Shown: one piece after another, positions 44,631-55,336 of the stretch
Position numbering within the stretch: position 1 is the stretch's first letter
Layout: each line of letters begins with the position of its first letter
Origin: Lachnospiraceae bacterium
GTDB taxonomy: Bacteria; Bacillota; Clostridia; Lachnospirales; Lachnospiraceae
DNA length: 64,000 bases
Reading direction: 5' to 3'
Assembly (NCBI GenBank): GCA_045117595.1
Contig: JBGUNV010000002.1
Span: 2,659 to 66,658 of the forward strand
Notes under the pieces: generated by a model
What the model was told of the DNA's origin: nothing
The model's database searches: none
Seen by the model: only the letters and a program-made list of their open reading frames with translations
Program-made: the position numbers and the translations under genes

Positions 44631-45869
44631 ATGACTATGAAAACAACCGGTTCGGGAAAAAGTGAATATGAGAAGCTCATGTCGGCATATATGGAAGTCT
44701 GGATAGTTTATGTTCTCAGAACGTTTTCGACACGGGAACATCCCATGAGCCGGAAGGAGATCGCCGACAAGGTCAGTGAACTGATAAATATCGGTACTGT
44801 ATCTGAAACCAGACAATCGGATAATACCATCGCCAAAACCGTTTCCAGAAGACTCGATGAACTTGAAATGATGGGTAATCTCTACGAAGGAGAAGGTGGG
44901 AGCCATGTTCCTCCGGCGTTTTACAGAGTGATGGGAGGAGCGGTAAAAGTAATACAGGATCGCCCTGTCAGATACTATTTTGATCCGATACTTGCTCCCG
45001 GAGAAGTATCGATGATATGTGCCGCGATCGAGAGTAATCATTATCTGTCCCCCGAAGAGATCAATTACCTGATAAAGCGTGAGTGTGCCGTACTGGGGTA
45101 TCAGGAACAGGAATTGCATCTTCCTGTAACAAACTCTGCATCCGGAAGATCGCTCAGGCTTCCCAAACGTCCCAGGTCGGGAAACGATCTCACTCTCCCG
45201 CCGGCAAGGTCATCGGTAACTCTCAGAAAGATCGCAGTTATACAGTATGCCATAGCAAGAAAACTTATGATAAGAGTTATTCCGGGGACATATTCAAACC
45301 GCGACGGCAAGATCGTATTCGGACCCAAAAGGGACAGGGAGAGTATTCTCAATCCGTATGCCATGATCTCTCAGAACGGTCAGTATTATATTGTCGTTAC
45401 CCATGAAGGTTTTACAAATCCCACGCATTACAGGATCGACAGGCTGTTTTCGGTAAGTCTCTGTGAAGATGAGAATCCGAGGAGAAAGCAGATAGCCGGG
45501 TATAAAAAGCGGGAACCTATACCTGTAAGGCTTCAGAGATTTTTTACCGGAAACGGGAAGTTCAAGGCGGATGAGTATACGGCCATATATCCGCTGATGA
45601 TATATAATGAGGGCGAGGGAATAAAACAGTGCCGGTTCCTGTGTGCCAAAAGCGGTGTTACGGTAGCGATAGACCACTTCGGAGTCGGAGTAGGTGTGAA
45701 GATGGAAGAGACGGATGATGATTCAAAGGTTTTGTTTACAGTCATGGCTGATTACAATAATGTCAGATATTTCTGTATCCAACAAAACGCCATTGTAAGT
45801 CCCGTCGCTCCCGATGAACTGAAAGATGATGTGAAACAGGCACTGAAAAAAGCATATGACGCGATATAG
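44631..45869 (+). CDS. wHTH-WYL-WCX transcriptional regulator (BrxR/CapW-like class)
   Basis: The N-terminal wHTH reads MSRKEIADKVSE...TVSRRLDELE. The WYL core reads LNPYAMISQNGQYYIVVTHEGFTNPTHYRIDRLFSV. The C-terminus, FTVMADYNNVRYFCIQQNAIVSPVAPDEL, is WCX-like. Confidence 0.7.
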   Translation: MTMKTTGSGKSEYEKLMSAYMEVWIVYVLRTFSTREHPMSRKEIADKVSELINIGTVSETRQSDNTIAKTVSRRLDELEMMGNLYEGEGGSHVPPAFYRVMGGAVKVIQDRPVRYYFDPILAPGEVSMICAAIESNHYLSPEEINYLIKRECAVLGYQEQELHLPVTNSASGRSLRLPKRPRSGNDLTLPPARSSVTLRKIAVIQYAIARKLMIRVIPGTYSNRDGKIVFGPKRDRESILNPYAMISQNGQYYIVVTHEGFTNPTHYRIDRLFSVSLCEDENPRRKQIAGYKKREPIPVRLQRFFTGNGKFKADEYTAIYPLMIYNEGEGIKQCRFLCAKSGVTVAIDHFGVGVGVKMEETDDDSKVLFTVMADYNNVRYFCIQQNAIVSPVAPDELKDDVKQALKKAYDAI

Positions 45870-45874
45870 TTAAC

Positions 45875-45888
45875 GGACAGATCTGTCC
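45875..45888. repeat. Perfect 14-bp palindrome GGACAGATCTGTCC
   Basis: Read directly from the sequence, 6 nt after the WYL gene stop and upstream of the terminator. Confidence 0.9.
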
Positions 45889-45917
45889 AAACACATATTT
45901 GTAACGGAGATAATATA

Positions 45918-45952
45918 AGATCACAGAAATGGTTCTGTGGTCTTATTTTTTT
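45918..45952 (+). terminator. Intrinsic terminator closing the five-gene operon
   Basis: Hairpin AGATCACAGAA-ATGG-TTCTGTGGTCT followed by TATTTTTTT. Confidence 0.7.
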
Positions 45953-45973
45953 GAGTATGCAGGAGGGAAGATT

Positions 45974-47647
45974 ATGGGTAATGAGGTTTCGGTAAAGGAG
46001 CTGATATTAAATGAGGACGAGCTTACCGGAACGCGTGTAAAACGCCGGAAGGATAAGAGCGGATACACATATCGCGTCATCATGCAGAGCGGTTGTGATT
46101 TTGCGATAGAGCGTACCCGTAAGAACCAGAAGGGTTCAGTACGTCTTGTAATACTTGTCAGCCGGGAGCAGTACTATCTGGAGGAGAACGGAAAAGTCAG
46201 AAGACTGAACCGCAACATGTTCAAGAGTTTCTTCGGCTGTCTTGAGAAGGGCAGCACGATCCCCCTTCCGGATGTAAACTGGCTTGATCATATAGAATAT
46301 GACGGACCCCGGGGAATGGTACAGAAGATAGCGGATATCCTGTTTGTCAGAGAGTATATCCGGTTCCACGATATGATCCGGCATGGGAGTTTTGCCTGTC
46401 AGAACGAACATGATTTCGGATTCTGTTCAAATATCTGTGAGGTACGCTATACGGGGGATAACAGGAAACTGATCGGTGATTTTGCTCCGTATGCCGAACC
46501 GGATGTTCAGATGGATGAGGTGTTTGGGAATCCCTTTTTACCGAATGATCCGTTTCGGGACAATGAAGGGATTGAAGGTGATTGTCTGTTTGACCCTGTG
46601 TTTATCGTCAGATATTATGCCGGATACAATCCTGCAAAGGAGTGCGGCATCAGATTGGTGGAAAATGCGGGATTCTGGATGCTTAGGCCATCTTATGAGG
46701 AATTGCAGTGCAGCCTTTGTAATCTCTCTCCCAGGTTATATGAGTATATGCTGAGCATGTTATCCGAGCGGGCACAGGTTTCCAAAAAGGAGCTGCTTAC
46801 AGGGATATTATGTGACTGGAAGCGGGTTGAATCCATGTTATTCCAGAGCTTTCCGGCCTTTGTGATGATAGAATGCTCATTTGGAACGAATACGGCCCGT
46901 AAGGCGATGAACATGTATCTGGATAGCGGGATAGCGGATATCATACCGGCAACGCAGATGTCCATATTCCTGTTCGGATCCCGGATAATCCTGCCTTTGT
47001 CTGATCAAAATACAGGAAACATATATCATCTTAAAAGTGAGTCTTTTTTAAGGTACATGTTCAACGAATCCGTCAGACAGGGTTATATGCATAATATGAA
47101 TCTTTTTCTTTACCAGTGGGGACAGTTTCTGTTCCTGCAGCGGGCGATGGAATGTAAGAGGGTGGATAAGTATCCGAAATATCTGGCATCCCGTGTTGTG
47201 GAACTGATGTCGATGATACCGGATTACAGCGAGCACGTAGAAAAGATGCTGTGGGAAGAGGCCGTGAGGTATGCCGAACCTCTGGAATACAGGGGAGAAA
47301 AATACAGTATCATCATCCCCAGACGAACCAGAGATATAGTCGAAGAGGCCGAAAGGCAGGGTAATTGCCTGAGGTCATACGAGTCTGCAATTTTGCGGCG
47401 ACAGACAAGGATATGTTTTCTCAGATACACCGACCCGGCCAGGGCGGACATATCACTTGTGACCCTGGAGGTATCGGGAGATGCGGTCATACAGTGCAAG
47501 GCGCGTTACAACGCCGTTCCATCAATCGAACAACTGGAATTCATCAGGGAGTGGGAGGCGGCCCGCTCACTTCACGGGGAATATTATCCAAATTATTACA
47601 CTTATCAGGAATTTCAGGGCATAGATACAGATGATGAAACTGCATAA
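45974..47647 (+). CDS. PcfJ-like domain protein
   Basis: Start at ATG 45974 behind AGGAGGGA. The C-terminal block EAERQGNCLRSYESAILRRQTRICFLRY...SLVTLEV...VIQCKARYN resembles the PcfJ-like family signature (E..GN/HC...Y...I..G......R). The N-terminal region of about 420 aa is unassigned. Confidence 0.55.
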   Translation: MGNEVSVKELILNEDELTGTRVKRRKDKSGYTYRVIMQSGCDFAIERTRKNQKGSVRLVILVSREQYYLEENGKVRRLNRNMFKSFFGCLEKGSTIPLPDVNWLDHIEYDGPRGMVQKIADILFVREYIRFHDMIRHGSFACQNEHDFGFCSNICEVRYTGDNRKLIGDFAPYAEPDVQMDEVFGNPFLPNDPFRDNEGIEGDCLFDPVFIVRYYAGYNPAKECGIRLVENAGFWMLRPSYEELQCSLCNLSPRLYEYMLSMLSERAQVSKKELLTGILCDWKRVESMLFQSFPAFVMIECSFGTNTARKAMNMYLDSGIADIIPATQMSIFLFGSRIILPLSDQNTGNIYHLKSESFLRYMFNESVRQGYMHNMNLFLYQWGQFLFLQRAMECKRVDKYPKYLASRVVELMSMIPDYSEHVEKMLWEEAVRYAEPLEYRGEKYSIIIPRRTRDIVEEAERQGNCLRSYESAILRRQTRICFLRYTDPARADISLVTLEVSGDAVIQCKARYNAVPSIEQLEFIREWEAARSLHGEYYPNYYTYQEFQGIDTDDETA

Positions 47648-47668
47648 GAATTCACAGGAGGGACAGGT

Positions 47669-49639
47669 ATGTCAAAAAACATGAACCTTTTAAAACCGGA
47701 TATACGAGATGGACATTTTAAGGGTACAAATGATAATGAACGGTACAGAATCCTTCATATACCGGCGGATGACTGGGATGACCGCCTGGAAGAGGATATC
47801 AGGGCCGGAGCGGTGCAATACGGTGCATGCAGGGAATGTGCCGGGGATAACCATTTCAGATTTGTTATCATTCAGTGCGACACGGAAGAAGAGGGACTGA
47901 ATGCGATAACTTATATCAGGGGAGCCCGGGGATTTGGCGGGGATGCGGATGATGAAGACGATCCCGTCGAAGATGACGGGGATTACGGATGGTTTGAATT
48001 CGATAATAATCTGCCTGTGATCAGCATGAATGAGATAGCAGCATATGAAAAGGAGACATCTGAAGATGTTAATAATCAGTTTTTGTTTCAGGAGGCGAAG
48101 AAGAAGGAAAAAAGCAATCCTTACTGGCTGAGTTACAACGGAGATGTGATCATAACCGACGTGTGTATGACGGATGATTTCGGAAACATTGCGCTTCGTA
48201 ATTATGATCTGAATGCTTTTTCCAATCCTTTCATGGATTCAACCGGCAGTAAATGGAAATGGCATGAATATTTTGATAGATTTATGGAGGATCCGGATGC
48301 AACAGTGTTCTATGTTCTGGTACGGGACAGAGGATTGAAGGAGTTGTTTGAAGAACATAAACAGGATGATACGGATGATGAGTTTGATGATTTCGGTATG
48401 TACAGATGCAATTTTGATGAGGACTATTCTCTGTGTTCGCTCGTGCTGAAATATACGGCGGAAACAGTTGTGATCGATGCTAAAAAGGAGCAGAAGGAGA
48501 AGTATTACACAGGCCTGTTTAAAAACTGGCTGGAAGAATACGGATACACTCTTGAAAAAAGATTCCCGGTCAGGAAGCTGCTTAAGGGCATTTGTATGAT
48601 GGACCCGGCCCCGTCACAGACAATGGACAGGATCTTAAGGTTTATCCGCCACAAGTATCCGGATGTCAAGGTTCTTGAGAGGTCATTGTTCACCCAGACC
48701 GGAGTGCTCAAAAATGTATTTGATTACAAGAACGAAGAGAAGAAGCGCCAGAACCATGAACTTACCATGGATGATCTTGTCGGGATGAAGGATATCAAAA
48801 AGCAGTTCAATGACATCATCAGATCGATCAAGTTCAGTCGAAAGAGGCAGGAAAAAGGTCTTCCGATGCTCGATTACAGGAATATTTTTCTGCTCATAGG
48901 TGCCCCGGGTACAGCCAAGACAACCATGGCCAATATTCTCGGCAGGATGATGAGACAGGAAAAGCTCCTCGGCGGCACCAGATTCGGATCATTTTCCGGA
49001 GCGCAGCTTAAGGCTGAATACGTCGGACAGACGGCCCATAAGGTTCATAGTATATTTGAAAATCACGATATAATAATCATTGATGAGGCTTATTCACTTA
49101 CGGCATCGGATCACGGCGGCATGGATACCTACAGTCAGGAGGCTCTCGGACAGCTTGCCATCGAACTTGAGGAACATGGGACAGACAGGCTTGTATTCTT
49201 TGCGGGGTACGGCGGAAATGATGTAAGTGAGAAGAATAACAAGATGAGGGAGTTTCTTGATGCCAATCCGGGGATCAAGAGCAGGATCAACGGAACGATC
49301 GTTTTTCCTTCATACAGCGCTAAGCAGATGGTTGAGATAGTAAAGGGCATAGCCGGCAGATACGGGTATATATTTGAGGACGGAGCGCTTGACGGACTTG
49401 AAGGATACTATGCAAAGCGTATATGTGACGAGAGGTTCGGTAACGGCAGGGAGGCCAGGAGTTTTGTCGACAACTGTCAGATGACGCTTGCATCAAGAAT
49501 CATGAACATTCCGCCTAATAAGCAGACCAGAAAAATGATGCAGCTTATCACGAAGGAAGACGTGGATATGACCATAAAGCGGCTGTCCGAATCCGACGAT
49601 AATCAGACCGGGAAAAAAGTGATATACGGATTTGCCTGA
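47669..49639 (+). CDS. AAA+ ATPase, SpoVK/CbbX/EccA-like, with an unassigned N-terminal region of about 380 aa
   Basis: Walker A LLIGAPGTAKTT, Walker B IIIIDEAYSL, and a CbbX-type tail with GNGREARSFV. The N-terminus has acidic low-complexity stretches. Confidence 0.8.
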   Translation: MSKNMNLLKPDIRDGHFKGTNDNERYRILHIPADDWDDRLEEDIRAGAVQYGACRECAGDNHFRFVIIQCDTEEEGLNAITYIRGARGFGGDADDEDDPVEDDGDYGWFEFDNNLPVISMNEIAAYEKETSEDVNNQFLFQEAKKKEKSNPYWLSYNGDVIITDVCMTDDFGNIALRNYDLNAFSNPFMDSTGSKWKWHEYFDRFMEDPDATVFYVLVRDRGLKELFEEHKQDDTDDEFDDFGMYRCNFDEDYSLCSLVLKYTAETVVIDAKKEQKEKYYTGLFKNWLEEYGYTLEKRFPVRKLLKGICMMDPAPSQTMDRILRFIRHKYPDVKVLERSLFTQTGVLKNVFDYKNEEKKRQNHELTMDDLVGMKDIKKQFNDIIRSIKFSRKRQEKGLPMLDYRNIFLLIGAPGTAKTTMANILGRMMRQEKLLGGTRFGSFSGAQLKAEYVGQTAHKVHSIFENHDIIIIDEAYSLTASDHGGMDTYSQEALGQLAIELEEHGTDRLVFFAGYGGNDVSEKNNKMREFLDANPGIKSRINGTIVFPSYSAKQMVEIVKGIAGRYGYIFEDGALDGLEGYYAKRICDERFGNGREARSFVDNCQMTLASRIMNIPPNKQTRKMMQLITKEDVDMTIKRLSESDDNQTGKKVIYGFA

Positions 49640-49751
49640 TTTTGCTTTTATTTCCTATGTTTATATGTTATAATCACATTTCGGTTGTATTGCGCAAAAA
49701 TATACTGTGTATTGCAGCTTGATAATAGAGTTTGATTCGGAGGATTACGTA

Positions 49752-51047
49752 ATGAGTTTACAGGTTGAAAAACTGGAAAAGAACATGGCAAAGCTTACGA
49801 TTGAAGTAGATGCCGCAAAGCTTAATGATGCCATCAAGAAGGCCTATCAGAAAAATAAAGGCAAGATGAGCGTTCCCGGATTTCGAAAGGGTAAAGTGCC
49901 CCAGGCAATGATCGAAAAGATGTACGGACCTGAGGTTTTCTATGAGGATGCAGCCAATTATCTGATCCCGGAAGCATATGGGGAAGAGGTTGAAAACGCT
50001 AAGGATCTCGAGATCGTTTCACAGCCCAAGATCGATGTTGTTCAGATCGAAAAGGGCAAGAATTTTATATTTACCGCAGAGGTTGCATTAAAGCCTCCGG
50101 TAGAGCTCGGTAAGTACAAGGGTGTCAAGATCGACAAGATCGACAGGGAAGTTACCGACGAGGACATCGAAAAGGAGATAAAGCGTGAGCAGGAGGCTAA
50201 TGCCAGAACGATCACGGTAACTGACAGACCCATAAAGGACGGTGATACTGCAGTCATCGATTATGAAGGATTTGTAGGCGATGAAGCATTTGAAGGCGGT
50301 AAGGGAGAGAACTATCCGCTCGTTATCGGATCGGGTTCATTCATCCCCGGTTTTGAGGAACAGCTCATCGGAAAGAACTCAGGTGATGATGTTGATGTTA
50401 AGGTGACATTCCCCGAGGAATACCATGCTGATAACCTTGCCGGCAAGGAAGCCGTATTCAAGGTCAAGATAAACGAGATCAAGGAAAAGGAACTTCCCGA
50501 GCTTGATGATGAGTTCGCATCCGAGGTATCCGAGTTTGATACGATGGCCGAATACCGTGAGGATGTTAAGAAAAACCTTGCGGAAAAGAAGGAGAAGGAA
50601 GCCAAGGACAAGAAGGAAGATGCCGTTATCGAAGCTATCGTCAAGGATTCGAAGATGGAGATTCCCGAGGCGATGATCGATACGAACGTTCGTAACATGG
50701 TAAACGACTACGCCAGAAGGCTTCAGAGCCAGGGACTGTCGCTTGAACAGTACTTCATGTTCACGGGACTTGATATGGATAAGTTCCAGGAGCAGATGAG
50801 ACCCGGCGCCATAAAGCGTATCGAGTCAAGACTTATCCTGGAAGCCATCGTCAAGGCTGAGAATTTTGAAGTTACCGAAGAGGAATATGAGAAGGAACTC
50901 GAGCGTATCGCCGAAGAGTCCAAGATGGAACTTGATAAGCTCAAAGAGTATATCGGTGATGACGAGTATGGACGTGAGCAGATAGAAGAAGATCTGAAGA
51001 TCCAGAAGGCTATCGATCTGATAGTTGATAATGCCAAGGAAAAGTAA
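49752..51047 (+). CDS. tig: Trigger factor
   Basis: [19 protein letters not shown]...[10 protein letters not shown], an FKBP middle domain, and tig-clpP-clpX-lon synteny. The start is set at ATG 49752 behind GGAGG. Confidence 0.95.
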   Translation: MSLQVEKLEKNMAKLTIEVDAAKLNDAIKKAYQKNKGKMSVPGFRKGKVPQAMIEKMYGPEVFYEDAANYLIPEAYGEEVENAKDLEIVSQPKIDVVQIEKGKNFIFTAEVALKPPVELGKYKGVKIDKIDREVTDEDIEKEIKREQEANARTITVTDRPIKDGDTAVIDYEGFVGDEAFEGGKGENYPLVIGSGSFIPGFEEQLIGKNSGDDVDVKVTFPEEYHADNLAGKEAVFKVKINEIKEKELPELDDEFASEVSEFDTMAEYREDVKKNLAEKKEKEAKDKKEDAVIEAIVKDSKMEIPEAMIDTNVRNMVNDYARRLQSQGLSLEQYFMFTGLDMDKFQEQMRPGAIKRIESRLILEAIVKAENFEVTEEEYEKELERIAEESKMELDKLKEYIGDDEYGREQIEEDLKIQKAIDLIVDNAKEK

Positions 51048-51061
51048 GAAGGGAGCAGACC

Positions 51062-51646
51062 ATGAGTTTAGTACCTTATGTCATTGAACAGACAAGCCGT
51101 GGAGAGAGAAGTTACGATATTTTTTCAAGACTTCTGAAGGAGAGGATCGTATTCTTAGGCGAAGAAGTAAACCCGACGACATCAAGTCTTATCGTTGCGC
51201 AGATGATGTTCCTCGAGGCTGAGGATCCCGAGAAGGATATCCATTTTTACATTAACAGCCCCGGCGGTTCCGTCACGGACGGCTTTGCCATCTATGATAC
51301 GATGAATTACGTAAAGTGCGATGTTGCAACATACTGTATCGGTATGGCTGCCTCCATGGGAGCTTTCCTGCTCGCCGGAGGAACAAAGGGCAAGAGATTT
51401 GCTCTTCCCAACGCCGAGATAATGATCCATCAGCCTTCGGGCGGCGCAAGGGGTCAGGCTACCGAGATCGAGATAGTTGCCAAGAACATACTCCGCACCA
51501 AGGAACGCCTCAACAGGATACTGGCAGAGAATACGGGACAGCCGATCGAGAAGATCGCAGAGGATACGGACCGCGATAATTACATGAGCGCCGAAGAGGC
51601 ACTTGAATACGGACTTATAGACAAGATAATCAGTAACAGGGCATAG
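51062..51646 (+). CDS. clpP: ATP-dependent Clp protease proteolytic subunit
   Basis: [18 protein letters not shown], the catalytic Ser region GMAASMG, and HQP. Confidence 0.95.
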   Translation: MSLVPYVIEQTSRGERSYDIFSRLLKERIVFLGEEVNPTTSSLIVAQMMFLEAEDPEKDIHFYINSPGGSVTDGFAIYDTMNYVKCDVATYCIGMAASMGAFLLAGGTKGKRFALPNAEIMIHQPSGGARGQATEIEIVAKNILRTKERLNRILAENTGQPIEKIAEDTDRDNYMSAEEALEYGLIDKIISNRA

Positions 51647-51658
51647 ACGGGAGAATAA

Positions 51659-52930
51659 ATGGTTAAGAAAGATATCAGATGTTCATTTTGCGGAAAGGGC
51701 CAGGAGGAGGTCAAGAAACTGATCGCCGGCCCCGAAGGGGTGTTCATATGTGACGAGTGCATAGAAGTATGCATGGAGATAGTGGAAGATGAACTGTACG
51801 ATGCAGATGAACCGGAAGAGGCAGATAATGACCTTGACATCAATCTTGTTAAACCGAGAGAGATGAAGGAGTTCCTCGATGAGAATGTAATCGGACAGGA
51901 GCAGGCCAAGAGGGTATTATCGGTAGCTGTTTACAACCACTACAAGAGGATACTGTCACAGAAGGATACCGGAGATATCGAACTGCAGAAATCAAACGTC
52001 ATAATGTTAGGGCCCACGGGTTCCGGTAAGACGCTTCTCGCCCAGACGCTCGCGAAGATAATAAACGTGCCGTTTGCCATAGCCGATGCTACAGCCCTTA
52101 CTGAGGCCGGATACGTTGGAGAGGATGTTGAAAATATCCTCCTCAAGGTCATCCAGGCCGCTGATTACAATATTGAAAAAGCCCAGTACGGTATCATCTA
52201 CATAGATGAGATCGACAAGATCACGAGAAAGAGCGAGAATGTCTCGATTACAAGGGATGTATCGGGAGAAGGTGTGCAGCAGGCGCTCCTGAAGATCATA
52301 GAGGGTACCAATGCCTCCGTGCCTCCGCAGGGTGGCAGAAAGCATCCCCATCAGGAACTGATCCCGATCAATACGACAAACATTCTGTTCATCTGCGGCG
52401 GTGCATTTGACGGACTTGAGAAGATTGTCGAGAACAGGCTTGACCGCAAATCGATCGGATTCAATGCCGAGATAGCAACGAAGACAGAGCATGAGGTAGG
52501 GCAGCTCCTTGCGCAGGTCCAGCCCGAAGACCTCATCAAATACGGTCTTATCCCCGAGTTTGTCGGACGTGTGCCGATCTGCGTGAGTCTCGAAGGACTT
52601 GATGAGGAGGCACTTATCAAAGTGCTCAAAGAGCCGAAAAATGCGATCACCAAGCAGTATATCAAGCTGTTTGAGATTGACGGCGTCGAGCTTGAATTTG
52701 AAGAAGATGCTATCGCTGAGATAGCTCACAGAGCATATGAGAAAAAGACCGGAGCGAGAGGCCTGCGTTCTATCCTTGAGGCGATAATGAACGATCTGAT
52801 GTTTGAGATCCCGTCCGATGAGACCATCACGAAATGCGTTATAACAAAAGGTGCCGTGACGGGTGAGGGTGCTCCTCTTATCGTGCGCAAGACAGATAAC
52901 GTCAAGAAGAATCTTAAGAAAGCAGAGTAG
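51659..52930 (+). CDS. clpX: ATP-dependent Clp protease ATP-binding subunit ClpX
   Basis: Zinc finger CSFCGK...CDEC, Walker A GPTGSGKT, and Walker [10 protein letters not shown]. Confidence 0.95.
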   Translation: MVKKDIRCSFCGKGQEEVKKLIAGPEGVFICDECIEVCMEIVEDELYDADEPEEADNDLDINLVKPREMKEFLDENVIGQEQAKRVLSVAVYNHYKRILSQKDTGDIELQKSNVIMLGPTGSGKTLLAQTLAKIINVPFAIADATALTEAGYVGEDVENILLKVIQAADYNIEKAQYGIIYIDEIDKITRKSENVSITRDVSGEGVQQALLKIIEGTNASVPPQGGRKHPHQELIPINTTNILFICGGAFDGLEKIVENRLDRKSIGFNAEIATKTEHEVGQLLAQVQPEDLIKYGLIPEFVGRVPICVSLEGLDEEALIKVLKEPKNAITKQYIKLFEIDGVELEFEEDAIAEIAHRAYEKKTGARGLRSILEAIMNDLMFEIPSDETITKCVITKGAVTGEGAPLIVRKTDNVKKNLKKAE

Positions 52931-52932
52931 AT

Positions 52933-55302
52933 TTGCGAAGGATCATAAAGAAGAAATATCCATGTGTTGTTGTAAAAATGATGGCGGTGCTTCCGGGCAT
53001 GGTCATTCATTTTGATGTAAACAACCCTTTTGCGGTCAAGGCAGTTGAAGCAGCCATGTTAAAGGACCGCAATATGTTCGTTGTGGCGGAACATGAAAAA
53101 GATGACAGGGAACGCACGGATAAGGTCGACCTGTACGATCACGGATGTGTCTGTTCGATAAAGCAGGTCGTAAAGCTTCCCGGCGGGGTTGTGCGTGTAC
53201 TTGTTGAAGGCATGATGCGAGCAAGGCTGTTAGGTATCGAAAAGAGCGAATATCTTACGGCAACTACGCGCGAAGTCGTACCGCCCGATGACTGGATAAT
53301 CGATAAACCCATAGGGCCTGTTAACAGTGAAGCCGTAGAGGATAATGAAGAAGCCAGACTAGAGATAATGGCCAGGATCAATATCCTCAAGGACCTTCTT
53401 ACGACCATGCTCGGTTACAATCCCCAGATAGGTAAATCACTTACCAAGCAGTTTGAAGATGCGCAGACTTTTGCGGAACTGCTTGATTATGTTGCCATAA
53501 ACGTCCCGATGCATTTTCTGGACAGACAGCGTCTTCTTGAGGCCGAGACCGTTGAGGACAGGTTCATGGCCCTGATGACGATACTCCAGCGGGAAGTAAA
53601 CGTTCTTGATATCAAGACGAATATCGCCAAGCAGATAAAGGAGCGTGTCGACAAGAACCAGAGGGAATATGTCCTGCGTGAACAGCTCCGTGTCATCAAG
53701 GAGGAACTCGGCGAGGGCAGTACGGCGACCGAAGAGGAAAAATACAAGGAAGCCGCCCTGAAACTGAAGGCCTCCAAAGAGATAAAGGACAAGATCTTAA
53801 AGGAAATTGACCGCTTCAGTCATCTGCATGACGGGTCTTCAGAAGCGGAGGTATCAAGGGGGTATATAGAAACGCTCCTTGCAATGCCGTGGAACAAAGC
53901 TTCGAAGGACAACACAGACATAAACAGGGCACAGCGCATACTCGACAGAGATCATTACGGACTCGACAAGGTCAAGGAGAGGATGCTTGAATTCCTGGCG
54001 GTAAGGAATCTGACCCGGAAGGGTAATTCGCCCATCATATGTCTGGTGGGGCCTCCCGGTACGGGAAAGACCAGTATTGCAAAATCCGTTGCCACGGCAC
54101 TTGACAAGCAGTACATACGCATAAGCCTCGGAGGTGTAAGGGATGAGGCTGAGATAAGGGGACACCGCAGGACCTATGTCGGTGCCATGCCGGGACGTAT
54201 CGCCGTGGGGCTCAAGAATGCGGGCACCAAGAACCCGCTGATACTACTCGACGAAGTCGATAAGATGAGCAATGATTTCAAGGGTGATCCGTCCGCAGCT
54301 CTTCTCGAAGTGCTCGACAGCGAACAGAATTCAAGATTTTCCGATCATTATATAGAACTGCCTGTGGATCTGTCCGAGGTGCTGTTTATCGCGACGGCCA
54401 ATTCACTTTCCGATATCCCCAGACCGCTTCTTGACAGGATGGAGATAATCGAGGTCAACAGTTATACTGAAAACGAGAAGGTTCATATAGCCAGGGAGCA
54501 TCTGTTCCCGAAACAGCTGAAAAAACACGGGCTGAAGAAGAACCAGCTGATATTGGCCGACACGGTATGGCCCGAGATCGTCAGCGGCTACACGAAGGAA
54601 GCCGGCGTCCGTTCGCTCGAACGTAAGATAGCCGCCATTTGCCGTAAGGCCGCAAGGCTCATTTACCAGGACGGCAAGACGACGGTCAGGGTAAACCGGG
54701 GAAATCTGGCCGATTTTCTCGGATCACGTAAATTTGAACAGGATAAAAAGAATGAAAAGGATGATGTCGGTATCGTCCGCGGGCTTGCGTGGACAAGTGT
54801 CGGCGGCGATACGCTTTCGATAGAAGTTAATGTTATGCCCGGAAAGGGCGAGATACTGCTGACCGGCCAGCTCGGTGACGTCATGAAGGAATCTGCGCAG
54901 GCAGGCATGAGCTATATACGTTCGATCGCCCCAAAGCACAGGATATCAGCTGATTATTTCAAAAAACATGATTTTCACCTGCATATCCCGGAAGGAAGCG
55001 TCCCGAAGGACGGACCGTCAGCCGGTATAACGATGGCGACCGCTTTGTTTTCCGCGATCACGGGCAAAAAAGTCCGCGCAGATGTTGCCATGACCGGAGA
55101 AATCACGCTGCGGGGGCGTGTGCTTCCGATAGGCGGCCTGAAGGAAAAGGTGCTTGCGGCGAAAAATGCGGGTATCAAAAAGGTGCTTGTTCCCGTTGCC
55201 AATACGAAGGATATAGAGGAGCTTGATGCTGAGATCACGCAGGGGCTTCGGATCGTGTTTGTGGAACATATGGATCAGGTACTGAAGGAAGCCCTGGTGT
55301 AA
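52933..55302 (+). CDS. lon: Lon protease (LonA)
   Basis: TTG start. LON N-domain, Walker [10 protein letters not shown], and the protease Ser site [15 protein letters not shown]. Confidence 0.95.
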   Translation: MRRIIKKKYPCVVVKMMAVLPGMVIHFDVNNPFAVKAVEAAMLKDRNMFVVAEHEKDDRERTDKVDLYDHGCVCSIKQVVKLPGGVVRVLVEGMMRARLLGIEKSEYLTATTREVVPPDDWIIDKPIGPVNSEAVEDNEEARLEIMARINILKDLLTTMLGYNPQIGKSLTKQFEDAQTFAELLDYVAINVPMHFLDRQRLLEAETVEDRFMALMTILQREVNVLDIKTNIAKQIKERVDKNQREYVLREQLRVIKEELGEGSTATEEEKYKEAALKLKASKEIKDKILKEIDRFSHLHDGSSEAEVSRGYIETLLAMPWNKASKDNTDINRAQRILDRDHYGLDKVKERMLEFLAVRNLTRKGNSPIICLVGPPGTGKTSIAKSVATALDKQYIRISLGGVRDEAEIRGHRRTYVGAMPGRIAVGLKNAGTKNPLILLDEVDKMSNDFKGDPSAALLEVLDSEQNSRFSDHYIELPVDLSEVLFIATANSLSDIPRPLLDRMEIIEVNSYTENEKVHIAREHLFPKQLKKHGLKKNQLILADTVWPEIVSGYTKEAGVRSLERKIAAICRKAARLIYQDGKTTVRVNRGNLADFLGSRKFEQDKKNEKDDVGIVRGLAWTSVGGDTLSIEVNVMPGKGEILLTGQLGDVMKESAQAGMSYIRSIAPKHRISADYFKKHDFHLHIPEGSVPKDGPSAGITMATALFSAITGKKVRADVAMTGEITLRGRVLPIGGLKEKVLAAKNAGIKKVLVPVANTKDIEELDAEITQGLRIVFVEHMDQVLKEALV

Positions 55303-55336
55303 TGTTACAGAGCGCGCTCATATCAAGGAATAAACT

